Below are positions 41,201 to 56,200 of a stretch of DNA of 64,000 nt, piece after piece; the stretch's first letter is position 1, and each line of letters starts with the position of its first letter. The position numbers were made by a program, and so were the translations under genes. Origin of the DNA: Raja brachyura. Its lineage: Eukaryota. The notes below the pieces were generated by a model. The model was not told the origin of the DNA and searched no databases. It saw only the letters and a list, made by a program, of their open reading frames with translations. The stretch spans positions 6,758,001 through 6,822,000 of the forward strand of contig OY740814.1 in NCBI GenBank assembly GCA_963514005.1, given 5' to 3'.

Positions 41201-44200
41201 AATAAAAAGTCCACATCAAACTTTGCCCAGATCAGCATATATCCTCTTTCTAGAGAGAGACTTCATGCAGTTGCTAAATCAGTATTAAGACGATAACTCT
41301 GTGTTTTACAATTGCTAGGTTCTTATAATCTACAATTGTAGATTGTCCAATGTTAGATTCATATCTTGCCTTTTAAGCCCAATGAATGGAGTTGAGCACC
41401 ATCTGCTGGCAAGCCAGCAGTGTTTTCCTCTCATATTGAGGCACTTTGTTATTGATCCTGTATTTGTGCAAAGAACAGTGCTCATTACCAACATAAGAAT
41501 CCCCAGTGAAAAGTTGAAGTACAGAAATGGAAATAACTGCCAGCTGGAGGAGGGGATGTGAACACCATTCTGTATAGAGGTGGCATATTCTAATCTTTGT
41601 CATTTCTGTTGCGCTGATTTCACGATTGTGAGAAACTATTTTAATGAGAGACGTGTATGTCAAAACCCAGGATTTAGAGATATTAGTGTCCATTTATTTG
41701 AGTTAATTAAGGGTTAATGTTTCTTGCATTTAATCTATAACAATATATTCCATTTATACAGCTTTTACATGATTCATTGATTTGGTTCTTTGTGATGTTG
41801 ACTCCACCAAACAAAAGGCCAAATTGCTTGGGTTTATGACGTGTTTTCTTTTCTTTATAGCCAGAGGAGGTATTTAAGACCAGAGAATGATGCTGACCAA
41901 GGGAAGCAGTTCCTGAGTTTTAGTGCTCCGCCAGCAACCAGTCTCAGCCTGCTTGGAAACTTTGAGGTACAGATTAGCAATGCATATGTATCATACAGAA
42001 AGAAAAAGGTTAAACAATTGATTCAGTGTTTAGGCCATTTGAAAGGGGTTTTATTTGTTCAATAGAAGGATTGTTCTTGGGTTTTTAGATTTTTTTTTGT
42101 GTGAGAATGAGAACGCAGCAATAGAGTTGCTGCCTCACAACGCTTACAGCGCCGGGGACTCGGGTTCGATCCCGACTACGGATGCTGTCTGTACAGAGTT
42201 TGTACGTTCTCCCCGTGACCTGCGTGGGTTTTTGCCGAGAAGTTCAGTTTCCTCCCACACTCCAAAGACGTACAGGTTTGTAGATTAATTGGCTTGGTAA
42301 ATGTAAAGATTGTCCCTAGTGTGTGTAGGATAGTGTTAATGTGCGGGGATCGCCGGTCGGCGCGGACCCGGTGGGCCGAAGGGCCTATTTCCTCACCGTA
42401 TCTCTAATCTAATCTAAACTAAAAGAATTAAAGACTCTTTGGACTTACTCATATCTACTATTGCACAGATCTGCTGGCAGCAAGTTTACAGGTCGGATAG
42501 CTGTTTTAAAGATAGCCAGCAGTGCCACAGCTATTACTGATGAGTTGCTGAATGTTTGGTGTAGATTATATTTAAACTGGAGAGCACAGGAGTTTAGGGA
42601 AGAAGAATCAGAGAATCGTGGAGAACTCGTCCTTCAGAATTTGGATTATGTATCACACCAAATTTCAAAAATTATATTGCTCTGTGCTGTTGTGACCAGT
42701 GTTTTTTTTTGGTGACATTACACATCAGTGCAGTGTACGGGCACGTCTATAAAAGTTACAAAGTAGATTTTCAGATTTTTAGAATTTTTATTTACTTTTT
42801 AATTATCAGTTTCTTAATTTGTTAAATTAGAAGTTGATTGGTCACAAATTCAAAAAAGGAAAGGGGGGTATTTTGATGGGAAAAAAATGTTGGAAAATGT
42901 AACATTTCAGGTCCCCACCTGAAAGGTCACCTATCCATGTCCTTTAGATGCGTCCTGACCACCGAGTTACTCCAACACTTTGTGTCTATCTTTTGTAAAC
43001 AAGCATCTGTAGTTTCTTGTTTCTGTCTTTTTTTAAACATTTAATTCGTGTGCATACAGGCACATTTTTATTATCAAAAAAGCACTGGTTGTGACTGAAA
43101 ATTAATTGAGAATCCAAAGCCTTTTAAGAATTTACAGTACCTCAAAGGAATTAAAATGTTTCCATGACTAGATAAGGATTCGAGAAAAAATCTGGTAGAA
43201 AATAGTGTATAAAATATTCTACACTACAATTGGAGGACATTCAGTCAATTATACTTTTAGGTTTGCTTTCAGCAAGGACTTTAACTTGGTTCCATTTCTT
43301 CTGCTCTCATATATTAATATTTATTTGCCAAACATTTTTTTTAAATTTAAACGAGACATGGACACTGCACACAAAAGATATTGTCCCAGCCTTAAACTTC
43401 CATTGGTGCAGATCCGAAACTCATGGCATATCCCTACCAACTTATCAAACAATGGAAATACATAATTTCCATTTTATTTTGTAAAATTCTTCATTTTGTT
43501 CATCAGATCTCCTCTTTCCGTTCCCATTGAGAATGTTCAGTACCTCAAAACCCCACTTCCTCTGAAGGTTTCCGATCTGAAACATCATCTATCCATGTCC
43601 TCCAGAGATACTGACTGTCCCACTGAGTTACTCCAGCACTTTGTGTTTTATTCAAGATTCCAGATGTGCAGTTCTTTGTGTCCTCCGGTCCTCTGGCCTG
43701 TCCACACCAGACAGTACAGCACAGGAGCAGGTCCTACAGCCCGTAATGTCCATGCTGAACATGATGGTTCTTGATTAGTACGGGTGTCAGAGGTTATGGG
43801 GAGAAGGCAGGAGAATGGGGTTAGGAGGGAGATAGATCAGCCATGATTGAATGGCGGAGTCAACTTGATGGCCTGAATGACCAATTCTACTCGTATTCCT
43901 TATGACTTTATGATGCCCAGTTAAACTAATCTCCTCTGCCTACCCATAATCCATATTGCCCCATTCCCTGTACATTCCTATGCCTATTTAAAAGCCTCTT
44001 AAGTACCCCTATTGTACCAGGGGTGTCTCCAGACTACCCCTGCCAGCATGTTCCGGGCACTCACCACTCTCCCTGAAAACAATCTTGGCATAGTCGTCTC
44101 CTTTAAACTTTGCTCTTCTCACTAAAATTATGCCCTCTAGTTTTTGAAAGTTCCAGATTGGAAAAAAAGGTTCTGACTGTCTACCCTTTCAATGCCTTTC

Positions 44201-47200
44201 TTAATCTTATATATTTCTATCAGATCTCCTCTAAATCTCCAATAAAGTGTTCTTGGCTCACTGTTCATGGTCTTAATATCCTGAAGCCATCAACAGAATT
44301 GGTTATTCTGGCCTATTGCCGCCCCCAGATAATGACTGCCATATATAGCATTAATTGTGACATTCAGTTGATACTGACAGTCACTATTAATGTAACTGGA
44401 CGTGCACAGCACGAACATCTAGGATCAACAGGTGATGTTGGCAGGCACACGCTAGGAACTGATATTATAACTGAATTGTTAAAGTAACTTATGAGTATGA
44501 CTTAGCATGAGATTTTGAGGAAGTTTGAGGAAGAATGTTTCTTCAATCTAACTATCTAAATTGCACTGCAAATTAATGGAAGATTTTGTTAGATGATCAT
44601 TATGTCTAGGAATGATATAATGAGCAAATGTAGTTCATGGAATATAAGAAATTATGCCACATGGCAGATTAATGTCTCCCAGCATCAAATTGCCCATAAG
44701 TAGATTGTGTTTTCCTTATAGATTCTGTGCATGTCTTACTTTGATACATATATTTTGCCTTTTTTAATACAAAATCCATCAGAAATAATGATACCATAGC
44801 CTAATTATTTATATTTCCAGTTGGCGAATTGACTACAATTTGTTAAATGCTAGTTGTTTTGTTTAACCTTGCCAGCAGAACTGTGACTGGTCAAGAATAG
44901 GCCCCAATAAAAGCATTGCATACTATATGGCAACTATTCAATTTACAGTCAGTGGATGTTCAACCAACATCAGTAACAGGGAAGCTACAAAATTAAATGT
45001 CCCAGAAGATATTTATAACCTGATGAGGTCATTACTCATTTTACGTGACTAATTTATGAAATAATGAAATTGGAGCCAACATGGTTTTTGTTTTTTTTTA
45101 CCTACATTTAATGTGAACCAAACCATAGTAATCTAAACGGTTTTAAAAATTCTTTGCATTTATGTGGTTAATTTCTTTGTTAGTTGTAGCTGCCTTTACA
45201 TTTGTATTAATTTATTTGAACAATGAGGCTTTGAAATGTTAATTTCTCATGAGAGCAAAAAGAAAACAAAGCAGATCAGTGTACCAGGGCTTTTAAACAG
45301 TTCACCTTTCATCCACTTAAAGTGCTCATGAGAAAATTACAATTGATTAAAGTACCGGTGAGAGTGCACACTAAGCTATAAACTATAGGTGAGACAGTTT
45401 CTGGGTCTTGTGTAAATCCTGTGCTACAGGGTAATATGGCAATAGCAGACAGTATTTGAACTTCTAAACAAGTCAAGTATGTTTAATGTCATGTTGTAAT
45501 TATAATTGCCAATAACAGAACTATGAAATTCTTATTTGCTGCAGCTTAACAGGCCCGTAACTGCAATAATACGCAGATAGATATATAATAATCAAAAACA
45601 CAATAAATTAATAACTGTGATAATAGGCAACCAAAATATAGCAAAAAACGGACATAGTCCAGATAAGATCATAGTTGCTGAGGGCAGTGTTATGCAGTGT
45701 TCAAGATGGTTGCTGGAAAGAAGCCATTCTTGAACCTAGAGGTCACAGTTATCAGGCTCCTGCACCTTCTTCCCAATTGTAGTAGGGAAATGGCCAGGGT
45801 AGTGTGGATCTTTGATGATATTGGCTGCCTTTTTGAGGCAATGTCACCTAGAGATCCTTTCAATGGTTGCAAGGCCTTAACAGTACCAACAAAAATCATA
45901 ATTGAACAGATATTGTACCAAAGAACTTAATTGCATCGGTTTTGACTCAATTCAGTCTTCAGTTGAGCAAATGTTTTTAATTTAACCAAATATGAGCCTG
46001 CTGCATTTTCATTGAATGATGATTAACATTGCAATCTTTTTACAATATTAGTACTTGTTAAGCAAAAATGGAAAATGCTCGGTCCACATCTAATTGTACA
46101 ATTAGTTACAAATTAAACACTGTAAACTGATCTTGTTCCTTTCTATTGTTCCTTTCTATTGGTATAATGGATTGTCCTCCTACATCCTGTTTAAGCTCTT
46201 TTTGGACCTGACTGCCAAATTAAATTAATAGATGTTATTTTTTAAACTTTAGTCATCTTTTTGTAATATTAAAAATTGTAAATATCTTTGTTAAAATTAA
46301 AAATTGTAAACATTTGGGAGGTGCCGTAACACTGTACCGACACGTACCATCACAAATAAAGCACAGACTATTTTTATCCTTGGGTATTTAATATTGTTGT
46401 AAATAGTTTATTTTAGAGTAGAATTTTGAATACATTATATTTGAAGTCTTGTGTAAATTATTTTGATACAAAAGAATGGTTGGGTGGGGGACGGAAAAGG
46501 AACTGGGTGATTGGAGGTGGGGTTGAAAAGAAGGGATTATGTGAAGGACCTGGGTAGATCATAAAGAGAGGAAAAGGGACAGAGGGAGAACAGGTTGCCT
46601 GAAATTGGAATTTGCGCAGTATGAGAAGCATAACCTGGTGTATTACTAGTGGTGAATATTAAATAGGTTTGTTATACCAATGTCTCATCAAGTTAATGGG
46701 ATATTTAAATGTTTGCAAGACTGAAGCAAGAATCAGATATGCTGTGGGTTATTGTTAAAAAGCCATAGTATGGATAGAAAAGGTTGGATATGGGCCAAAT
46801 GCAGGTAAATGGGACCAGCCCAAAATGCCATCTTGGTTAGCATTGACAAGGTGGGCCAATGGGCCTGTTTCTGTACTGTACAGCTCTGTGAATCCATATA
46901 CAGAAGAAATTACAAATATTGTAAGTCAGTCTAAGCTGCCTTGGCGACTCTTAACATTGATATATCTTAACGTTCTAGGAGTCAATCTTGAATTTCCGCT
47001 TGGAACCATTAGGAGCAGTTGATGGTTTCACAGCCGAGGTGGGAGCAAGTGGAACGTTCTGTCCCAGTCACATGACTCTTCCAGTTGAAGTCTGGTTCTA
47101 CAGTGTCTCTGATGATAATGCACCATCACCCTACATGGTATGTGTTCTTACACATTCCTGTAGTTAAAGACTTGTGATCAAGGTCATGGTGTAGCACTAA

Positions 47201-50200
47201 TTGATTAGGACCCGTATCTCTCAGACTGGTAAATCACTCATTTATTCACTTGTTGAATTTTGTTTCTTTATGGGTATGTTGAAATTGATTATTTTGAAAT
47301 GAGTCACTTGATTTTTTTTTTGTTGAGAATTGCAACTTCTTGTTTGAAACTATCTGTTCTGAATTGAGGATTATTTGTTTATAGGGTGTGATTAATTTGG
47401 AATCCTTGGGAAAACGAGGCTATCGAGTGCCTCCATCAGGAACAATACAAGTGGTAAGTCAGGCTAGAATTGTTATCTGATTTTACTGATGACTCTTTAT
47501 GCCTACAGAGCTTTTGACAGTCTGAAATTGTGAAGAGACACCACAAAGTATTGATGACTACATTATTGATGACCATTGTGGGCTCCACCTTCCCTCTGTG
47601 CCGGCTCTGATTTGTTCTGAACCTTTATTTTCGCTCTTCCCTGACTCTCAATATAAAGAAGTGTTTTGGCCTGAAACGTCACCTATTCCTTTTCTCCAGA
47701 GATGCTGCCTGAGCCACTCAGTTACACCAGCTTTTTGTGTCTATCTTTGGTGCGAATCAGCATCTGCAGTTCTTTCCCACACACAAACGTTGTTTCTAGA
47801 TTCAATGTTCACCCGACTTTCAGGTAGAAACAGGATTGGTTGTCAAATGTTTCCTCTATTTCAATAGTTAATTGACAAAACTCTTGTACACCTGCATAAA
47901 ATTACGAGTGGAATAGATAGAGTGCATGCAGAGTCTATTTCCCCAGGGTAGTGGAATCAAGAACTCGGAGACATTGGATCAAGTTGAGAGGGGAAAGAAT
48001 TAATGGAGACCTGAAAAGCAACTTTCTTCACTCAGTAGGTGGTGGGTATGTCGAACAAGCTGCCAGAAGAAGTAGAAAAAGCAGGGACATTACCACGTTT
48101 AAAAGATATTTGGACAGGTACATGGACAGGAACATTTGGAGAAAAATAGGCCAAACATGGGCAAATGTGACTAGTTTAGATGGGGCATCTCGGTCAGCAT
48201 GGACGAGGTGGCCCAAAGGGCCTGTTTCCCTGTTTAATTACTCGATGCAAAACGTACTGTAATTTTAGCTAGAAATTAGTCAGTGAAGTGCAATTTATTT
48301 CAGATACTCATGTGTTTTCCCCACATGTTGCAACAGGGTATTGCTAAAAAAACAATAGATTAGTAACATGTTCTGCATTAATCGGGATACAGGTGTTGAA
48401 AGGCAGTGATTCATTATCTCAGTTGAATGGTGCTACATTGCCTCATAAAATTATTTTGCCATTTTGTTAAGCAAAGAAAATGTTAATTAATAACAGATTA
48501 TGATCTTGAAGAATATCCAAGTGCAAACGACTATCTTTGAAGCACAGGAACGATTAATTCAGAGGATGCATGGAAGTGAATTTGTTTTCAGAAATAAGAA
48601 CAATCTATTTTAATTGTGTTCCCTTGAGTGAACTAAGTTGATGATGATGTTCAGAAAATTCCACGCTCCTCTGAAAATAGGGTTAAACAGCACGGCAACA
48701 GGCCCATTAGGCCCAACTCATCCATGCCAACCACGATGCTCTATCTAAGCTAGTCCCATTTGCCCGCATTGGGCCGCTATCCCTCTAAACCTTTCCAGTC
48801 CATGCACCCGTCCGATTGTCTTTTCATTGTTGGCCTCATCTACCTCTCCTAGCAGCTCGTTCCATATACCCACCACCCTCCACATGAAATTTCTCCACAT
48901 CCACCTGAAGGCTGTCAAGGGCTCGGGTTGAAGCATCATCCTGTTACAATACAACATTTCCTCAGTCCTAGGCTTGAATATGACAACTGTCTGGCTTGGT
49001 CCTGTCAACCAAGCCAAGTTATAAGAACATAAGAAATAAGAGCATGAGGCCCCTATGGCCTCTAGAGTCTGCTTCATCATTCAGTAGATCGTTGCTGATC
49101 TGATCATTGGTTACAACTCCACTTCTTTGTGTGATCCCCATAACCCTTAATTCCCCTATGGTCCAAAAATTTATCCATCTCAGCTTTGAGTTTACTTAAT
49201 AACTTGACATCCACAACTCCCTGGAGTAAAGATTCCACACACTCAGTCCCAGGGGAGAAGGAATTTCTCCTGAGTCTTTATTAAATTAGATCAGTCCGAG
49301 AGCCGTATTCCAGTAAATCATTTCATTTGTTGCAGTTAATTGTTTGCAGCAGTTACTGTAGTTGTGAAACGGAACTGCTGGGAAGGCCGACCCGGTCCAT
49401 TTCAGGGACAGAACAGGAACAGAAAATCAGCACTCCACTTAAAGCAGGTTCAAAACACAGGCACCCATGGATAGTCTGTATAAATGGTCCCGAGAAAGAT
49501 TAGTATTAATGATGAATAAATTGGCTCAAGAACTTAAAATTGAGAATTCCTTTAAAGAAAAAATATGTGCACGTTTGGTTTAAATGCAATGGTGCTATAG
49601 TCCTATTATCCATGTTAAGATTTGAGAATGAAAATAAGACTAGGATTTAGTCACAGCGGTCATGTGTCATTGCAGTCCTTATCATTGATACTGGTTTTAA
49701 GAATACAGTCTACCCTCGTTATCATGGACCTCTTTATAACGGATTTTGGTTATTGCGAACTGAGACGTCCGTTTGTGGTAGGGGTTGACAGGCAGCATGT
49801 AACACCGCATTAGGCAGCAGAAAGGTGGCGGCAGTGGGGAGAGAACCAGCAGTAAAACACTCGAAGAACATTGCATTGAGCATTGGGTTTGCAGCGGGCC
49901 ACACCAAAACAAGGCCTCCGGGTGTTTAATGCAGAAACAGCGGGTGTCACTGCACCTGCCTCGCCCTTGCAACACGTACCTCGGTTGACTGATAACGGAG
50001 CGCAGCTGCCATTGCACCCTCTTGCTTCTGTCAGGTTAATTAATGCACTGTGTGGCATGCATCTGGTTGTGGGAGCAGAGAAAACAAGCAGCATGAAGGC
50101 AGCATGAGTTCCACACCTGTCCCCGACGCACCGCGTGTGGGACTGGGGGCTCTGCGGCTCCCCCGGCCTGCGAATTTCCTCACAGATTATCACCACATTA

Positions 50201-53200
50201 ATGTGTGGAACAAATGCAGGAACTCTCTCCAGCACAACTCTCGGAGTGCTGAACAATATCTGTATTTGTTTTCTGGCTTTAACAAGCATTGGCAAAGCGG
50301 CAGAGTTTTCTCATGCCCAGCCATAGTTGGTGACCATGAAAGACTGGGAGAAAACAGAAATCACAGACACGAGGAATTGGAGATGTTGGCATCTTGAACA
50401 AATCACAAACTGCTAGAGAAATTCAGCAGGCCATGCAGCAATGGATGGAATGGACAGGCGATTTTGGTCGGGAGTCCTCCCTTCAGATATATTGCAGTTG
50501 AATGAACATCGAATTCTTCAATTTTAAGTTATGCCCCACCAACCCCCCCCTCCCCCCACCCTCTCTCTTTCCTGTGCCCCCCCCCCCCCCCCCCCCAACC
50601 CAGTAGGCATCCATTTCCCCCACTTTCGCTCCACCCCCCCTCTCCCCGTCGCTTCCTCAACCCCCGTCATCAGATATCATATCTGTTTCTGGAATTTGGA
50701 AACGTTACAATATCATGCTGTCATTAATAATTAGCATTGTTAGAAGTAGAATTTTTTTTGCCATGTAGGCAGGTATTATATCACGATTTTTAAAAGAGCA
50801 GTTCCATTTTGTGCATTAATTCTGCTACTCGTCTCATTCGCTCAGGACCTGCAAAGATATTTAATGCCGCGCTTTTACCTATGTGACAATGTTTATAAGT
50901 TTCAAATGTAAATTCTGTTTCAGACCTTATTCAATCCTAACAAGACAGTGGTTAAGATGTTTGTCGTGATTTATGACTTGAGAGAGATGCCAGCCAATCA
51001 CCAGACATTCCTACGACAGAGGACGTTCTCCGTTCCTGTGAAACGTGAAGCTGTTGGACATGCCAATAAAGAAAACGTAATACAGACTGAAGAAAGGATA
51101 CTTCGCTACCTCGTACACTTGAGGTAACGCAAGAAATAGAATCGTTTTGCAGTACGCTGCCATTGACGTCGGTAGAATAAGTAGCTAATTATAACAGTTA
51201 ACTTATTTTTGATTTCCACACAAAACAACGTGGTTTAGCTTATTGGCATAAGAAGCTGCAGATGCTGGAATCCTGATCAAAACACAAAGTGCTGGAGGAA
51301 CTCAACAGGTCTGGCAGCATTGTGGATGGAATAGACAGTCGATATTTTGGGTCGGGACCCTTCTTCAGAATGCCAGTGGCTAAAGCATTCAAATGTTCTG
51401 AATTTAAAACGGGCAACTTCCATGCAAACATATTTTAATTAGTTCATCGCATTGATCACTGGAAGAAAATGCCTGTGCAATTTTTGACATTAGTTTGGAA
51501 TCTTGCTTAAAATGCGACAAGTCTGAAGAAGAGTCTCGACCGAAACGTCACCTATTCCATTTCTCCAGAAGTACTCCAGCTTTTTGTGTCTTATGTTCTG
51601 TTTAAACCTGCATCTACATTTCCTTCCTATACGTAGTAAAATTATTTTACTTTTTGACCAGGGAATGGACAGACGCCATTTTGGTTGGGATCCTTCTTCA
51701 GATTGTTCTGGAAAGTCTGAAGAAGGGTTCCGATCTGAAAATTAGTTTCCCCATTCCCTCCACAGATGCTGCCTGACACGCTGAGTTCCTCCAGTACTTC
51801 GAAAACTCATAGTTTTTACCACTGGTAGTTGACTGGATGTTACTCTTTTCCATGAAGATATGGCTTGGGTGCACAACTATTCACATTTAAAAACAAATCA
51901 CTTCAATGATGACAGAAATTTAGGTAATGGTGTAATCAATGTAGGTAGAAGCACTGAAATGTAAATAAATGAACAAAATGGATAAAACTGTGGTAACTAT
52001 ATACTTGTACGTGCATCAGTCTGAAGAAGGGACTTGATCTGAAATATCGCCTGTCCATTCCTCCACAAATGTTGCTTGATCCAATGAGTTCCTCCAGCAC
52101 TTTGTATTTAACACTTACGTGTGCCCATTTAATTTGAGCTGAAAAGACAAAGAATATTTTCTAAATAGTAAAAAAGCTAAAATTAGTGGATATATAAAGA
52201 GACATTGGGGAGGGAGAGTGGTTACAGACCTTACTTAAATTCTGCTGGTGGATGAAGAGAATTATCAAAAATATTAATAAATATATTTAATATTTAGTGG
52301 ATGAAATACAATGAGTATTTGTCATGGTCTAAATCCTTAAAGTACTGCAAATAGTTTGGAATACTGGACTTTTTGGAATACAGCGCGATTTCTTACCTGG
52401 ATTCAAAGGATTAAATCATGAAGGCTTCCTTGGAACTTAGAAAGTTAATGGGTGATTTGAATAATGATTGCAAGACAACATGAACCATAATCGAGTATAT
52501 AAAGATAAAGTATTTGTTAACCTCAATACAAGATAGCAGAGTCAAAGGATATGGGGAGAAGGCAGGAACGGGATACTGATTGTGGATGATCATCCATGAT
52601 CACAGTGAATGCCGGTGCTGGCTCGAAGGGCCGAATGGCCAACTCCTGCACCTATTGTCTATTGTCTATTTCTGTTATTTAGAGATATTACGGAATGTGT
52701 AACAAATGCTGATTATATATAATTAGATCATATAATTAGACACAATGGTAGAGAATTCTGCATTCTTCAGAAGTCTGAGGAATGGTCTCGACCCAAAATG
52801 CCACCCATCCCTGCTCTCCAGAGATGCTTTCTGTCCCGCTGAGTTACTCCAGCATTTTGCTTCTATCTTCGGTGTAAACCAGCAGTTCCTTCCTACAACT
52901 ACATATGCAGTTGGACTCGAGGTTAAATGCCTTAGCCTTAAATTTTAAGCTTTGTTAAAATACACCCCAAATATAAGGTAGAAAGTAAGCAAAGTCCCTG
53001 CAGCACTTGTGGATGTGCCTTTTATTTCATATATTTAAGTTTGATGCAGCCCTTCTGTCAGATCCGTTTTGGAAGCAATCTGAGATTTTGACTTCAAATA
53101 AAAAGAGATTTATGTAATTCTCAAGACTTTGCACGAGCCTCAAGGGAAACAATTTTCTGCAATTGCTAAAAGTACAACTTTACAACACTGAGTTTAGATC

Positions 53201-56200
53201 CAGCATTTTCAATCAAACTGCTGGTAATGGTTTCACTGGTCCAGGTACACATTAATTAAATGTGACAACTTACTCACGTGGACAAGAACTGCAGAAAACT
53301 GCCGAGACACAAGAAGAAATTCACAACACTGTGTGGATTTACGATGGTTTCTCAATATATTAAAAATCATGCACTTTTGGAGCACCTTATAAAATCTCAA
53401 CAGATCCCAAAGTACTTTCTGCCAATTGTCATTTTCACATTACTGATGAAATTTATACATAGAAAGGTCCCAAGACACCTATTACACATTTAAGACCAAA
53501 ATACAAAAGTGCTGGGGGAATAATCGGGTCAGGCAACATTCATGGAGGGAATGGACAGATGACATTTAGGGTCAGCACGCTTCTTTAGAGTCCTAAATTG
53601 GATCTTGACCCTAAACAGCGCATCTCGGTCTAATTGGTCTCGACCCGAAACGTTGCCGGTCAGTTAGTTCCCTTCACAGATGCTGCCTGACCCGCTGAGT
53701 TCCTCCAGCACTTTGTTTTCTTTGCTCAAGATTTAGAGAAGAAAGGGATATCTAAGGGATGATGAATGCTGACAGGTGACAGCAAGTTGAATGATATTAT
53801 GATTAAATAATTTTTTGAAAGATACATTTGGAAAGGGGATGATGTGTTTCCAGGGTTCAACTGGATGTATAGAAACATAGAAAAATAGGTGCAGGAGTAG
53901 GCCATTCGGCCCTTCGAGCCTGCACTGCCATTCAATGTGATCATGGCTGATCATCCAACTCAGTATCCCGTACCTGCCTTCTCTCCATACCCCCTGATCC
54001 CTTTAGCCACAAGTGCCACATCTAACGCCCTCTTAAATATAGTCAATGAACTGGCCTCAACTACCTTCTGTGGCAGAGAATTCCAGAGACTCACCACTCT
54101 CTGTGTAAAGAATGTTTTCCTCATCTCGGTCCTAAAGGAATTCCCCCTTATCCTTAGACTGTGACCCCTTGTTCTGGACTCCCCCAACATCGGGAACAAT
54201 CTTCCAGCATCTAGCTTGTCCAACCCCTTAAGAATTTTGTAAGTTTCTATAAGATCCCCCCTCAATCTTCTAAATTCCAGCGAGTACAAGCCAAGTCTAT
54301 CCAATCTTTCCTCATATGAAAGTCCTGACATCCCAGGAATCAGTCTGGTGAATCTTCTCTGCATCCCCTCTATGGCAAGGATGTCTTTCCTCAGATTTGG
54401 AGACCAAAACTGTACGCAATACTCCAGGTGTGGCCTCACCAAAACCCTGTACAACTGCAGTAGAACCTCCCTGCTCCTATACTCAAATCCTTTCGCTATG
54501 AATGCTAACATACCATTTGCTTTCTTCACTGCCTGCTGCACCTGCATGCCTACTTTCAATGACTGGTGTACCATGACACCCAGATCTCGTTGCATCTCCC
54601 CTTTTCCTAATCTGCCACCATATGTTAGGATTCGAATGGAAACGAGGAAAACTATACTACGTGCTTGGAATGATTAAAACTCCACCTAGTGTTTATGTGA
54701 GCCAAAAACTGAGTGTGGCTCAGATATTTGTGGGAACATTTTAAAGACCAGTCAATGGCAGCAGCCAGGAGTAACATGGATTGCCAAAAAATGAATGGTT
54801 ATGTCGGGCTATATTTGTAGACTTAATTAATAAGGGGAATATATTGGATGTAGTCGACATAGACTTTGGCCATTTTCAAGTTCCACAATGGATAATTAAA
54901 GAAGAATAAATTGAAAAATTAGTTGAAAGTTGTTTAAAAAGTATGAAGACAGCAGGAGGTGATGCAGCTTTTTGGAGTGGTCTTGTTGATAAAGGTAGAA
55001 AAATGCTATTGGAGTCAAAGGTCTGAAAATCTAAGAACTGATTTGCTCTCTGTGTAGAATTAACTATAGGCCCACAATATCCATGATGCCAAATTGACAT
55101 AAATTCAGTATTTTGGGATAACTCCAATATAAATTCAGTGCCCAATGAATTGTATGGTCTTCCGGAACATGTGTTGAACTAAAGACTTGCCTCAGCCAAA
55201 TTTGTTTAGTTTAGTTTATTGTCACATGTACTGAGGGAGAGTGAAAAGCATATGCTCATGCTAACCAGTCAGTGAAAAAACTATACATGTTTACAATCAT
55301 GCCATCCACAGTGTACAGATGCACGATAAAGGGAATAATGTTTACTGCAAGATAAATTCCGATTAAAGATAGTCTGAGGGTCTCCAATGAGGTAGATAGT
55401 AGTTCAGGACCACTCTCTAGTCGTTGATAGGATGGTTCAGTTGACTGATACAGCTGTGAAAAAACTGTCCCCAATTCTGGATGTAGGCATTTTCACACTT
55501 CTGTCCCTATTGCATGAAGGGAGTGACTAGGGTGGGACATCCTTGATTATGGGCAATGGAAGGGAGCTTGGTTTGTATGATGGTCTGGGTACGTCCACGA
55601 CTCTGCAATTTCTTGCGGTCTTGGATGGAGCTGTTCCCAAACCATGCTGTGATGCATCCCGAATGCATCCCCGAGTGTAATGGTGACTTCAACATTCAAA
55701 TGTATTCTTCAGTAAAGGCACCTGTGTAATACTACATTCTTTTGAGTTATGGGTCATAACTACTCTTTTGGGAAGCATACCAAAAGTTATCAAGATGATT
55801 AATATCTATGTTTCCAAGTAGGTCGTAGAGTCATACTGAGTGGAACCAGGCCCTTCGGCCCAACTTGTCCCATCTACACTAGTCCCACCTGCCTGCGTTT
55901 TGCCCATATCCCTCTCAACCTGTCATATCCATGTACCTGTCTAAATGTTTCTTAAACATTGCAATAGCCCCTGCCACAACTACCTCCTCTGGCAGCTTGG
56001 TCCATTCACCCTATGTGTGAAAGGTCCGTAGACAAATCTGATGCTAACTTTGTTTCTAATAGCTTGAGATCTGCTGAATGTTTAATCGGCTTGTTTTGCA
56101 CTTTATCTAGGTTCCAGAGTTCAAAATCTGGGAAGATCTACCTCCATAGAGATGTCAGGCTCCTTTTTTCTCGGAAGTCGATGGAAGTGGACAGCGGTGC

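Noticed and set aside
53960-54595. 211-aa ORF (and the 232-aa ORF at 2308-3006) as host genes or autonomous LINEs
   Set aside because: 5'-truncated CR1 ORF2 C-termini lacking the endonuclease and RT core.
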